Of a stretch of 63,187 bases of DNA, positions 45,150 through 55,538 are shown in pieces. The translations under genes and the position numbers were made by a program. This DNA comes from a virus (Duplodnaviria > Caudoviricetes), in the IMG/VR virus record IMGVR_UViG_3300011339_000451, positions 1 through 63,187 of that record; one strand, 5' to 3'. The notes below the pieces were generated by a model. It searched no databases. It had not been told where the DNA came from and worked only from the letters and a program-made list of their open reading frames with translations. How positions within the stretch are numbered: the stretch's first letter is position 1; every line of letters starts with the position of its first letter.

Positions 45150-45650
45150 ATGATCCCAATAGATCCGATAACGGCACTTGAAGGGTTGCAAAGTGCAATC
45201 AGTGTCGTTAAGAAAGCCAGCAAAGTCGCTACGGATTTGGCGGGATTGGCTCCATCCATCTCGCGGATGTTTGATGCCCAAAGCACTGCTACTAAGGCGA
45301 TGCTTCAGGCAAAGCGTACCGGGGGTAAATCCAACCTTGGTGCGGCGCTACAGATTGAGATGGCGCTTGACGAGGCAAAACGCTTTGAGGAACAGCTCAA
45401 AATGCTCTTCATGCAAACTGGACGGATTGATGTGTGGAATGCCGCCAAAGCCCGTCAAGCTGAAATGGATAGGGACGATGCCAAAGAGATGGCGGAGTTA
45501 AAAGCCGCTGAAAAGAAGCAGAAAGAGGCTGAAGCTGAACAACTGCAATGGGCATTTGCCATTGTGATTATCGTGATGTTCTTGGGGGCGATAGGCTGGG
45601 GGATCGCGGAAATCGGTGAGGTTTGCGCCAAAGGAAGGTGTGGTCGATGA
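45150..45650 (+). CDS. Membrane-anchored hypothetical protein
   Basis: IDPITA N-terminus; C-terminal hydrophobic helix. Confidence 0.7.
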   Translation: MIPIDPITALEGLQSAISVVKKASKVATDLAGLAPSISRMFDAQSTATKAMLQAKRTGGKSNLGAALQIEMALDEAKRFEEQLKMLFMQTGRIDVWNAAKARQAEMDRDDAKEMAELKAAEKKQKEAEAEQLQWAFAIVIIVMFLGAIGWGIAEIGEVCAKGRCGR

Positions 45651-45728
45651 CATACTTTGATGTATTGCTTTGGTCTGCGGTTCCTTTAAACTATTTTTTC
45701 TGGATAGTTGTTCATCCGTATTTGAGTA

Positions 45729-45878
45729 ATGAATGAGTACCAGAAGCAATTTGATTTCTTCCTCAAGATATTTGTGCGTATGTGCATTGCGTGGTACGTG
45801 CTTGGACTGCTCAAGTTTTTGCCTGACGACTTGTCGGACAAGATTGTCAATAAACTATTAGGAATGATTGGACTGTAA
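45729..45878 (+). CDS. Small membrane protein (49 aa)
   Basis: Hand-translated MNEYQKQFDFFLKIFV...; stop overlaps the next start. Confidence 0.5.
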   Translation: MNEYQKQFDFFLKIFVRMCIAWYVLGLLKFLPDDLSDKIVNKLLGMIGL

Positions 45879-46381
45879 TGCTTTCACTATTCTCAACCCT
45901 TGGCGGTCTGCTGATTTCAGGCTTGCCCAAACTGCTGGAGTTCTTCCAGAACAAAAACGACCAGAAGCATGAACTGGCCTTGGCGCAGATTCAAGTGCAG
46001 ATGCAACTTCAGATGATGGCTCAAGGCTTTGCCGCCCAAGAGCGCATGGAAGAGATCCGCACCGATCAGATTGCTATGGAAACTGACGCAGAGATGACTG
46101 TGGCGGCGTATGACCATGACAAAGCTGTGTTGTCTAAAGCGGCTGGCTGGGTGTCAAGCTATGTCGGCACTGTTCGCCCGACAGTCACTTACATTTTCAT
46201 TATTGAGCTGTGCGCCATCAATGCTTGGTTGGCCTACTACGTTTACCAAAATCCACAGTTAGTCCTGAACATGGATGACTTGGTTCGTTTGGCTGACATC
46301 ATCTTCTCAAGTGACGAGATGGCCATGCTGGGCGCTATTGTTGGCTACTGGTTCGGCTCTCGCGGATGGGCTAAGAAATGA
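45878..46381 (+). CDS. Putative holin
   Basis: Hydrophobic segments, VRPTVTY and YWFGSR; overlaps the lysozyme start. Confidence 0.65.
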   Translation: MLSLFSTLGGLLISGLPKLLEFFQNKNDQKHELALAQIQVQMQLQMMAQGFAAQERMEEIRTDQIAMETDAEMTVAAYDHDKAVLSKAAGWVSSYVGTVRPTVTYIFIIELCAINAWLAYYVYQNPQLVLNMDDLVRLADIIFSSDEMAMLGAIVGYWFGSRGWAKK

Positions 46382-46881
46382 AACTGAGCAAGGCTGGCGC
46401 TGACTTGATGCACCAGTACGAGGGGTACAGGACTAAACCATACCTGTGCCCTGCTCACATCTGGACAATCGGGTACGGCCATGTGCTATACCAAGAGCAG
46501 ATTAAATTGCCTGTTGTGCGTGTAAACGGATACACAGGAATGATCCGCAAAGAGATGCCATTGAAACCGGAGGACAACCGTGTCTGGACTAAAGAAGAGA
46601 TCGAGAAACTATTCGCAGATGACGTTGCTAGTTTTGAACGCGGTGTTCTTAGACTTGCTCCCCCTGTTGCTGGTCGCCAAGGCGCTTTTGATGCGTGTGT
46701 CTCTTTTGCCTTCAACGCCGGACTGGGCACTTTTCAGCGGTCTTCTATTCGGATGAAACTCAACCGTGGTGATTGGGAAGGTGCGGCAGATGCACTCTTG
46801 CTGTATTGCATGGGTGGTGGCAAAATACTCGCAGGGCTAAAAAAGCGCAGGGACGCTGAAAAAGCACTGTTTCTATCCTAG
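46378..46881 (+). CDS. Endolysin, phage lysozyme (GH24)
   Basis: YEG...PYLCPA..WTIGYGH, FDA.VSFAFNAG, GL..RR..E..LF. Confidence 0.92.
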   Translation: MKLSKAGADLMHQYEGYRTKPYLCPAHIWTIGYGHVLYQEQIKLPVVRVNGYTGMIRKEMPLKPEDNRVWTKEEIEKLFADDVASFERGVLRLAPPVAGRQGAFDACVSFAFNAGLGTFQRSSIRMKLNRGDWEGAADALLLYCMGGGKILAGLKKRRDAEKALFLS

Positions 46882-46889
46882 GACTGCCG

Positions 46890-48761
46890 ATGCCGCTGAA
46901 AAAACTAACCCTAAAAGCTGGTGTAAACAGAGAAAACACCCGGTATACAACCGAGGGTGGCTGGTACGTATCGGACAAAGTGCGCTTCCGTCAGGGCACT
47001 CCTGAAAAAATCGGTGGCTGGACACGCATTTCAGCTAACAGTTTTCTTGGAGTATGCCGTTCTTTGTGGAACTGGATCACCCTTGCCGGTCAGAACCTGC
47101 TGGGAGTGGGCACTAACTTAAAGTTTTACATTGAGCAAGGTGGTGTTTATAACGACATTACGCCTATCCGTGCATCATCTACGATCAATACGGATCCATT
47201 TGCAGGTAATGGAACTACAACAGTAACCGTAACTGACACTGCCCACGGCGGTATTACTGGGGACTTTGTAACATTCAGTGGAGCTACCGGAACGTATGCC
47301 TCTACGTTCAATGCAGAGTTTCAGATTACTGTACTTACTGCTGATACGTACACAATCACCACTGGGTCTGCAATTGCCGCAGGTAGTTACGGCGGTTCTT
47401 CCGTTGTTGCCGCATATCAGATTAATGTAGGCCCAGCCACTCAAGAGCCGTTAGTTGGTTGGGGTGCTGGCGGCTGGGGTTTGGGAACTTGGGGTGTTGG
47501 CGGTGCTACGCCGGTAAGCATTCGTATTTGGAGTCAGTCAAACTTTGGTGAGGACTTAATCTTTGCGCCCCGTGGCGGCCCTATGTATTACTGGGACGCT
47601 GGCGCTGGTGTGACTACTCGTGGCGTGTTGGTTTCCAGCATGATGGGCGCAGATGCAGATGTGCCGTCTATTATGAACTTCTTGTACGTATCAGATACAA
47701 GCAGGTTTGTGTTTGCATTTGGTTGTGATGACTACAGCTCTTCCGCCCAAAACCCCATGTTGATTCGTTGGTCAGATCAGGAATCGGTGCTTATTTGGAC
47801 TCCTGCCTCCACCAATCAAGCGGGTAGCGTACAGCTTTCTCACGGTTCTAAAATTGTTACAGCCATCCAAACTCGTCAAGAGATTGTGGTTTTGACTGAC
47901 TCGGCTATCTATTCACTTCAGTACCTTGGCCCGCCAGTAATCTGGGGTTCTCAGTTGCTGGGTGACAACATCTCTATTGCAGGGCCAAACGCTGTAGCCT
48001 TGGGTTCCGGTATTGTTTACTGGATGGGCGTAGATAAGTTCTACAAATACGATGGTCGCGTGCAGACTTTGCGCTGTGATCTGCGTCAATTTGTGTACCA
48101 AAATATTAACTTAGATCAGGCGGATCAGTTCTTTGCAAGTACGAACGAGGGCTTCAATGAGGTCTGGTTCTTCTACTGCACTGCTGGCTCTAGCTCTATT
48201 GACCGTTATGTAGTCTACAACTACGTTGAGAATAACGGCGAAGGTGCTTGGTACTATGGAGATATGGAGCGAACAGCTTGGTTAGACTCTGGTCTACGTG
48301 ACTACCCAATGGCGGCAACGGGTATTAACAACATTGTCTACCATGAGAACGGTACAGACGATAACTCTACTGCCGTTACCACTGCTATTGCGGCAACCAT
48401 TGGTTCTGCTGAGTTTGACATTGACGATGGCGATCACTTTGGTTTTGTCTGGCGTATTCTTCCTGACATTACCTTCAGTGGTTCTACTGGGTCTAACACT
48501 CCACAAGTAACCATGACGCTGATCCCGATGCAGAACTCTGGTTCAGGCTACAACGATCCAATCTCCTCCGGCGGCAACAGTAATGCTACCGTTGCACGCA
48601 CATCGACTTCAGTCATTGAGCAGTTTACCGGTCAGGTATACGTCAGGGTTCGTGGTCGCCAAATGATTTTGCAGATTGACTCCAACACCATTGGCACTCA
48701 GTGGCAGTTGGGTAGTCCCCGTATCGACATCCGTCAAGACGGACGTAGGGGTAACTCATGA
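46890..48761 (+). CDS. Putative tail nozzle / DNA stabilisation protein
   Basis: VRFRQGTPEKIGGW, IRWSDQE; position before the ejection proteins. Confidence 0.7.
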   Translation: MPLKKLTLKAGVNRENTRYTTEGGWYVSDKVRFRQGTPEKIGGWTRISANSFLGVCRSLWNWITLAGQNLLGVGTNLKFYIEQGGVYNDITPIRASSTINTDPFAGNGTTTVTVTDTAHGGITGDFVTFSGATGTYASTFNAEFQITVLTADTYTITTGSAIAAGSYGGSSVVAAYQINVGPATQEPLVGWGAGGWGLGTWGVGGATPVSIRIWSQSNFGEDLIFAPRGGPMYYWDAGAGVTTRGVLVSSMMGADADVPSIMNFLYVSDTSRFVFAFGCDDYSSSAQNPMLIRWSDQESVLIWTPASTNQAGSVQLSHGSKIVTAIQTRQEIVVLTDSAIYSLQYLGPPVIWGSQLLGDNISIAGPNAVALGSGIVYWMGVDKFYKYDGRVQTLRCDLRQFVYQNINLDQADQFFASTNEGFNEVWFFYCTAGSSSIDRYVVYNYVENNGEGAWYYGDMERTAWLDSGLRDYPMAATGINNIVYHENGTDDNSTAVTTAIAATIGSAEFDIDDGDHFGFVWRILPDITFSGSTGSNTPQVTMTLIPMQNSGSGYNDPISSGGNSNATVARTSTSVIEQFTGQVYVRVRGRQMILQIDSNTIGTQWQLGSPRIDIRQDGRRGNS

Positions 48762-49390
48762 CATATATGGTTACTTCCGAGGAAGAGTTGCTGAGGGTTG
48801 CGGCCCCCAGTTTGCCTCTTGCTCCAAACGACTACAGCGTTACTTATCAGGATCAGTTTTCTAATGTTCTGCGTCTGTACTTTAATCAGTTGGACAAGAT
48901 CCTTCAGCAGTTAAATACAATATCAGTCCCGTATGGTGCTTTTTCTAGCGATCAAGACCAGACCACTACGGCGAATACGGCTACATTGATGACGTTTAAC
49001 ACCACGGATTTTGCAAATGATGTCAGCATTGTTAGTTCAAAATTAACGGTAGCCACCGCTGGAATATATAACTTGCAGTTCAGTGCACAGTTTCAAAATA
49101 CAGACACTGCTTTCCAAGATGTTTACATTTGGTTGCGTCAAAATGGCGTAGATATTACAGGCTCAACAGGTTTTGTTTCTATACCCAATAGACATGCTGG
49201 TACGGACGGTCATTCAATTGTTGGTTGGAATTATTTCCTAACCATGAATGCAAACGACTACGTTGAGATTTACTGGTCTGTGCCCAACACTTCGGTATCT
49301 ATTCAGCACCTTGCCGCTTCCGGCACGCCTACCAAACCATCCACTCAGTCAACGGTGGCTACTATGTCGTATGTATCTGCTTTGCCATAA
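48758..49390 (+). CDS. Putative virion protein
   Basis: LRLYFNQLD; AGIYNLQFSAQ beta-sandwich pattern. Confidence 0.7.
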   Translation: MTYMVTSEEELLRVAAPSLPLAPNDYSVTYQDQFSNVLRLYFNQLDKILQQLNTISVPYGAFSSDQDQTTTANTATLMTFNTTDFANDVSIVSSKLTVATAGIYNLQFSAQFQNTDTAFQDVYIWLRQNGVDITGSTGFVSIPNRHAGTDGHSIVGWNYFLTMNANDYVEIYWSVPNTSVSIQHLAASGTPTKPSTQSTVATMSYVSALP

Positions 49391-49399
49391 GGTTCAAAC

Positions 49400-51244
49400 A
49401 TGTTAGAAAAAATAACACAAATGGTGGGTGAAGATAGAGAGCTTACGCCCGCGCAAGAAAAGCGCATTACATATAACCAAAGCCCAGAAGGTTTGGCCAA
49501 GCTTGCCGCAGAGAATAAAAAAACTGCCAATATTAAAGCGTTAACACAGCAAATTCTTGGTCAAAAAACGACCGATAAGTGGACTGGTCAGGGCTGGGGT
49601 TCGGCTGAGAAAAATGCCGAAGCGATGGCGAAGATGCTGGATGCCGCTGGCATGACTGACATTAGGCAGTTTGGCAAGGTTGATAAGTACGAGCCCGTTA
49701 CCGAAATCGGTAAATCGTACAACGGCAAAAGAGTCTACGCAACTGGTGCGGATGAGTACGGCAATAATGAAGGCTCATACTATTATCGTGAGCCAACCGA
49801 AGAAACAGACTCCGAAGGTAATGCGGTCTATAGAACCGTCATGGTTCCAAAAGACGCAAAACTAGATAGCTTATATGGTGTCCCAGATATTGGTGGAGAG
49901 GGCTACAACCCAGTTGACTCGTCAAAAGTAGTGATGCGTGATGGCGTACCATCTACAGTCACAGGCAAGACATTTGGTAACAAAGAAACTGGCCAAACGA
50001 TAGAGAGCGGAAGCGGTAGATGGCAGTGGCAAGGTGGTGATAACTTGTTTGGCGGCACGGGCGAGGGCAAAGGCAACACCGGCTATCGCGTCCAATTTCA
50101 AGACGACGGCACGCCAATTTTCTATACCACGCAAGGTTCATCTAATGACTTTGCTAAATTAATGTCCGACCTTGGCCCGATTGGTAACATTGCGGTGGCG
50201 GCTATTGGTGGCCCTTGGGCAGTGGCGGCGTTACAGGCGGCATCAGGAAAGCCAATTGGAGACATCGTTAAGTCTGCGGCGCTTTCTTACCTTGGTGGTC
50301 AAGCTGGTGAATTTGTATCAGGCACCCCCGGAATTACTGATGCTTTAGGTAAAGCTGGAACGGATGCTTTATCTGGTGCGGCCAAACAGTTTGTTGCAAG
50401 CGGCGGAAAAGCTGACCCGCTTCAGCTTCTTGCTGGTGCAGGCTTGAGCTACGGTGCCAATACTTTGGGTAGTGAGTTTGGCTTGGATAAGCTGACACCA
50501 GCGCAACAGAAAATGTTGAATACGGCTCTCAGTGGTGCGGCGGCTGGAATGCCACTTGACAAGTTATTGATGAACGTAGCCATGACTGGGGCAACTTCCA
50601 AGGGTGGTTTATTTTCGTCAGATCCAATGACGGTGAATCCAAACCCAGATAACTTGGAGGACTTCTTGGCTTCAATAGATCAGTACAAAGTGGATCAGAA
50701 TGCTGATGCCAGCGGCCCCGGTTACTACGATGAGATAACCGGCAAGTTTATTTCTGATGAGTTGGGCGGATTGCAAAACCCACTTGGAGCGGATACTGGC
50801 AACATAGATCCAAATAAACAGTGGGAGTACAACTTGGTACGCCCCGGAGTTTGGGCTGATGCAGACGGCAATGAGATTGACCTGACGTATCTACCAAACT
50901 CTGAGACAGCTTTAAGTGGCGAAGAGATCATGCGCCGTGCTGGTGCGTTGCCGGGTGGTGGGGCTACCAACATTAAGGTGCCAACACCCAAGGGCTCTAA
51001 ACCATCAGCCACTTCACCGGACTCTAGCCTTGCGGCAATGATTGCGGCCATGAATGGTCAGCAACAAACTATACAAGTCCCTAGCCAAGACCCGTTTGCC
51101 CATATAAAATTGATGCAAGATTTGTTTGGGACTAGCGTTGATTTAACACCCACCGATAGCTCGGATAACAGTTCTTCATTTGGCCAGAAGTCCAGCCGTG
51201 AAGATGGTCAAGATGAAGAAACCACCGGCGAAGACGCTGAGTAA
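49400..51244 (+). CDS. Putative internal virion (ejection) protein
   Basis: 614 aa, Gly/Ala-rich hydrophobic middle; position. Confidence 0.6.
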   Translation: MLEKITQMVGEDRELTPAQEKRITYNQSPEGLAKLAAENKKTANIKALTQQILGQKTTDKWTGQGWGSAEKNAEAMAKMLDAAGMTDIRQFGKVDKYEPVTEIGKSYNGKRVYATGADEYGNNEGSYYYREPTEETDSEGNAVYRTVMVPKDAKLDSLYGVPDIGGEGYNPVDSSKVVMRDGVPSTVTGKTFGNKETGQTIESGSGRWQWQGGDNLFGGTGEGKGNTGYRVQFQDDGTPIFYTTQGSSNDFAKLMSDLGPIGNIAVAAIGGPWAVAALQAASGKPIGDIVKSAALSYLGGQAGEFVSGTPGITDALGKAGTDALSGAAKQFVASGGKADPLQLLAGAGLSYGANTLGSEFGLDKLTPAQQKMLNTALSGAAAGMPLDKLLMNVAMTGATSKGGLFSSDPMTVNPNPDNLEDFLASIDQYKVDQNADASGPGYYDEITGKFISDELGGLQNPLGADTGNIDPNKQWEYNLVRPGVWADADGNEIDLTYLPNSETALSGEEIMRRAGALPGGGATNIKVPTPKGSKPSATSPDSSLAAMIAAMNGQQQTIQVPSQDPFAHIKLMQDLFGTSVDLTPTDSSDNSSSFGQKSSREDGQDEETTGEDAE

Positions 51245-51255
51245 AGGAAACTGAG

Positions 51256-53679
51256 ATGGATACCACTGTTGGAGATTACGGCGATGACTTGAATGTTGAG
51301 TTGTCAGATGCCGCAGACAGACTTGCCGCCGACAACCAATTTAAGGCAGATGTTGATCTTGCAAACGAAAGCACAGATTGGCTCAAGGGAATTGGTGTAA
51401 GCGGTGACTATGGCTCAGATACCGGCGTTGGTAGTGCTGGCACTTCTTACACTTTTGATCCGTCGGTGCTAAGCAATCTAAGTTTTAGCAAAGTAAGTGA
51501 CTACTTAAAAGGCAACAGAGGTTTAGCCTCTTTGCTGGGTGGTGCGGGTCTTGCCGCCTTGGGTGCCGGTGATCCCAAGAGAACTCCCACAATCTATCAA
51601 GGTGGCATTCCCAACTTGGTGGCTACTCGCAACATGATCTCCGCTCCGCCCGTTGGCCGTCGTCCCGGTGCCGGTGGCGTTGACTACGGTGGTGACGTAA
51701 CTTACACCCGTGCTCCAGAAGGTCAAGACCCTTGGGTTAACTTGCGTGGAGACTCTGCCCGCATCATTAATCCACAAGGTCAGGCTAACGTTCTCAAGGG
51801 AACCGGCGGCACAGACCCGCAATCTTTGGCCAATAAGATTGGTTACAACTTGCCACAAGGCTGGTATAGCTACGGCCCTCAAGAGAAGATTGAATGGTTT
51901 AACTCAAACAACGTTACTTACGATCAGCTTCGTGCGGCTGGCGTGCCACAGTCTGACATTGATTACATGTGGTCTAACGGCTACACAAGTGGAAGACCTG
52001 AAAACTGGGGTCAAACTACTGCAAACAATAACACCACAGTAACAACCGGTGGCAATGACACTGTTACCACTGGAAACGGCATAGACGCTTTGGCTAACGC
52101 ACAGACGGTAGCTCAGACGCAAGCTGATAAAGTTGGACTTAAGTTGCCTTCAGATTGGTCTACCTACGATGCGGCTCAGAAGATTGCTTGGTACAACTCT
52201 AATAGAGTTACGCCACAACAACTGCTTGAGGCCGGTGTGGATCAGGCAACCATTGACTTCATGAAACAGAATGGTTACGGATCTTCTCAGCAAACTTTGC
52301 CAGCTCAGTCCGCTGGCTTGAAGTCCGCCTTGTCTCAGGGTATGACTGAAGAGAAGTACATCAACAACATCAAGGACTTCTTGACAGCAAACGCTGACGC
52401 CTCTGATGCTGAGATCTATGACCAGATGAAGCAATACGGCATTGGTGCTAGCGATGTTGCTCGTGCGCTTGGTGTTGATAACAAAGTTATCACTGACAAA
52501 CTTAAGGCGCTTGGTGTTGAGGGTTACGCAGAAGGTGGCATGGCTGAAGGCCGTTACCTACAAGGCGAAACAGATGGTATGGCCGATGAAATCCCTGCAC
52601 AGATTGGTGAAGATCAACCTGCCGCACTGAGCCACGGTGAGTTTGTTGTTCCTGCGGATGTTGTGTCTCATCTGGGTAACGGCAATTCTGATGCCGGAGC
52701 CAAGAAACTTTATCAAATGATGGATCGGATTCGTATGGCACGCACTGGTAATAAAGATCAAGGCAAGAAGATTGATCCTGATAGCTTCATGCCCGGCGGT
52801 CTGGCTAAAGCCTACGCTAATGGCGGCGGTGTAAAGCGCATGGCTACAGGCGGAACAACTACTGCGCCCGCAGGAGTGACTGGCACACAAGCTGGTTTGT
52901 CCAACTGGGCTGGTGATTACGCTACCAATGTTTTAGGTCAAGGTCAGGCTCTGGCTAACATGCCGTTCCAAGCATACATGGGGCCGCTGACTGCTGGGCC
53001 TTCTGCGCTTCAGAGCAAAGTATCACAAGGACTGGGCGGCTTGAACTTCCCCGGAACTTTGGGTCAGAGCTTTACTTCTGCTGGCGCTCCTACCATTGGT
53101 GCGGATGGTCAGCCCGTTGGCGGTGGCGGTATTGCTTCCAGCTACATGAACCCCTATCTCAAGAACGTTCTTGACCCACAACTGGAAGAGCTACGCCGTC
53201 AGTCGCAGATTAACCTTCAGCCTAACTTGGCTAAGTTGACTCAAGCTGGTGGCTACGGTGGTGGTCGTCAGGCGATCATGGAGTCTGAGGCTAACCGTAA
53301 TCTGTTGACCGCACAGAACACTGCTATTGGTACTGGGTACGCAAATGCGTACGACAAGGCCATGCAACAGTTCAACACTGAGCAGGGTCAGGCTAAGACT
53401 TTGGCTGACATGATGGCTAGCCAAGGCGCTACTGATCGCGCTATTGAGGCGGAAGGTGTGGCGGCTGACAAGGCTCAGTTTGAGGAAGCCCGCGCTAACC
53501 CATTCAAGATGGTTCAGTTCCAGCAGTCATTGCTCAGCGGTATGCCTATCAATGCGATGGACTACACAATTCAAGAGCCAAGCAACTTGGAGAAAGTTGC
53601 CAAGGGCGTCAGCACTGTGGATGAATTACTCAAAGTTTTGTACGGCATTCAACCAGCCAAAAAAGTTGCAGGTACTTAA
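51256..53679 (+). CDS. Putative internal virion (ejection) protein
   Basis: DGMADEIPA...LSHGEFVVPADVV; YMNPY; internal repeat. Confidence 0.65.
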   Translation: MDTTVGDYGDDLNVELSDAADRLAADNQFKADVDLANESTDWLKGIGVSGDYGSDTGVGSAGTSYTFDPSVLSNLSFSKVSDYLKGNRGLASLLGGAGLAALGAGDPKRTPTIYQGGIPNLVATRNMISAPPVGRRPGAGGVDYGGDVTYTRAPEGQDPWVNLRGDSARIINPQGQANVLKGTGGTDPQSLANKIGYNLPQGWYSYGPQEKIEWFNSNNVTYDQLRAAGVPQSDIDYMWSNGYTSGRPENWGQTTANNNTTVTTGGNDTVTTGNGIDALANAQTVAQTQADKVGLKLPSDWSTYDAAQKIAWYNSNRVTPQQLLEAGVDQATIDFMKQNGYGSSQQTLPAQSAGLKSALSQGMTEEKYINNIKDFLTANADASDAEIYDQMKQYGIGASDVARALGVDNKVITDKLKALGVEGYAEGGMAEGRYLQGETDGMADEIPAQIGEDQPAALSHGEFVVPADVVSHLGNGNSDAGAKKLYQMMDRIRMARTGNKDQGKKIDPDSFMPGGLAKAYANGGGVKRMATGGTTTAPAGVTGTQAGLSNWAGDYATNVLGQGQALANMPFQAYMGPLTAGPSALQSKVSQGLGGLNFPGTLGQSFTSAGAPTIGADGQPVGGGGIASSYMNPYLKNVLDPQLEELRRQSQINLQPNLAKLTQAGGYGGGRQAIMESEANRNLLTAQNTAIGTGYANAYDKAMQQFNTEQGQAKTLADMMASQGATDRAIEAEGVAADKAQFEEARANPFKMVQFQQSLLSGMPINAMDYTIQEPSNLEKVAKGVSTVDELLKVLYGIQPAKKVAGT

Positions 53680-53688
53680 GGAATTACT

Positions 53689-55536
53689 ATGTCTATTGCA
53701 CAGCCTAGCGCCAACCAAATTGCTAACATTTACCAAGGCAATCCGGGTGCACTGAACGCCCGCATTCAGCAGGAGCAAAAGGGTAAGCCTGCTGGTTTGC
53801 CTCCTGACCTGACCAAGCTGATGGCGTTGAACATTAACGTCAATGAGCAGGATGCGGCTAAACGTCAGCAGGCTATGTCGGCGCTTCAGTCTATGCAACA
53901 GCAAGGTGGTGGTGAGCTTCCTACTGTGGCGCAGACTTTGATTGAGCAGGCTAAGCAGAAGGCGCAGATCATGCAACAGCAGATGCAACAGATGCAACCC
54001 AAGCCTCAAGGTTTGATGGCATTGTTGCAACAACGTGGTATGCCACAAGCACCTGAGAATGCACCCCGTCCAGAGCGTCAGGCTTCTGGTATTGACGAGC
54101 TGTCCTCCAACGTTGGAGAACATTTTGACGGTGGCGGCATCGTTGCGTTTGACGGCACCAAGGGAAGCAAGGTTGAAGATCCAAACAATGAATCTTCACA
54201 GTTTGCACAAGACATTGCCAGAATACCCGAAGCGTTTGATGAAATGAAGCAACGTGCTCGTGAGGAAGATGCACGTAGAGCGGCACAAGATCGCCGTATG
54301 GCAGAGCGCAAACAGGAAATGTTGGCGGCTCGCGGAAAGACTAGCCTTTTCAATTACTTGTTTGGTTCACCCACAAAAGAAAAAGAAGGCTTGGCTAAGC
54401 TTACAGAGTTGTCAAGCACGCCACTTGCTACGCCCGCAGAGAAGCCTATGGCTGAACCTGCTATGAGCAACCGTGCGCTGTTGAATGCCGCTGATGCAGA
54501 GTCACGTGGATTGCCTGCCGCTATTAAGAAAGAAGTGCCACCTGTTGTGGTTCAGCCACCAAAGACCAATGTTGCCGCACCAGCCGCGCCTGCTAAACCA
54601 GTTGCCCCAGTTGAGGCGTCCGCCGCCGCGCCAGCACCAGTCAATAAGATGGAGCAATTCCTTGCTTCACAGTTTGATAAGACACCTGAACAGCGTCGTC
54701 TTGAGGCCATTGAAAGGTACAAGAAAGATATTGGCGATCCAGATACTGCGGCTCAAGAGCGTTACATCAAGCAGTTGGAGGAAAGCCGCTCACGCTTCGC
54801 GGAGCCTACCGACTTTGCTGGTCGCCTAGCTCAGTGGGCAAGAGCTACCGCCAACGCTGGTGGTCGTTCGTCACTTGACGCTGGGGCTAGAGGAGCCGCC
54901 GCTTTAGAGGCTATGCGCCAGTCCAACGCACAGAAGGATATTGAGTTGCTTAAAGAACTCATGTCTGAGTCTTCTAAGGTTGCGGATACCAAACGTGGAT
55001 ACAAGAAAGAAGTGGCTCTGTTTGGTGAGAAGCAGTATGAAGAAGCATTCAAGAACGGTCTTGAAGCCGCCAAAGAGCTGGGTCTTGACAAGCGTCAGGC
55101 TCAGTTGTTTGCCCATCAGTCTGCTGAGAATGCTTTGCAACGTAAGAACGCACTTGCAGTTGCATCTACTCCAAGTAGCGAAAGACTTCTGTTTAATGAT
55201 TTTGCAAGTGCTTGGCTTAAGAAAGCAGAAAACAAGGGCAAGACAATTGATGACGCTTATGCCGCATACAGAATGGCTGGCTCACCTTCGGCTGGCATGA
55301 AGGGTGTCATGACCCGCGATCAAGCTGAAGACAACTTCCGTAAGGATATGGAAAACTTCCAGTCTGCTAGTGAGATGAAAAAAGAAGCGGCCAAGTACTA
55401 CGGCAGAGATCCGTCTTACTCTGAGTTGAAGGACTACTACATTCAGAAGCAAATGGGTGGCGCTGGAAAATCAGTGTCTGCCGCACCAAGTTCTGGTAAA
55501 GTCCCAGCACCCCCTTCAGGATTTAAATTGGATTAA
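53689..55536 (+). CDS. Putative internal virion (ejection) protein
   Basis: Gln/Ala-rich helical; GGIVAF. Confidence 0.65.
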   Translation: MSIAQPSANQIANIYQGNPGALNARIQQEQKGKPAGLPPDLTKLMALNINVNEQDAAKRQQAMSALQSMQQQGGGELPTVAQTLIEQAKQKAQIMQQQMQQMQPKPQGLMALLQQRGMPQAPENAPRPERQASGIDELSSNVGEHFDGGGIVAFDGTKGSKVEDPNNESSQFAQDIARIPEAFDEMKQRAREEDARRAAQDRRMAERKQEMLAARGKTSLFNYLFGSPTKEKEGLAKLTELSSTPLATPAEKPMAEPAMSNRALLNAADAESRGLPAAIKKEVPPVVVQPPKTNVAAPAAPAKPVAPVEASAAAPAPVNKMEQFLASQFDKTPEQRRLEAIERYKKDIGDPDTAAQERYIKQLEESRSRFAEPTDFAGRLAQWARATANAGGRSSLDAGARGAAALEAMRQSNAQKDIELLKELMSESSKVADTKRGYKKEVALFGEKQYEEAFKNGLEAAKELGLDKRQAQLFAHQSAENALQRKNALAVASTPSSERLLFNDFASAWLKKAENKGKTIDDAYAAYRMAGSPSAGMKGVMTRDQAEDNFRKDMENFQSASEMKKEAAKYYGRDPSYSELKDYYIQKQMGGAGKSVSAAPSSGKVPAPPSGFKLD

Positions 55537-55538
55537 AG

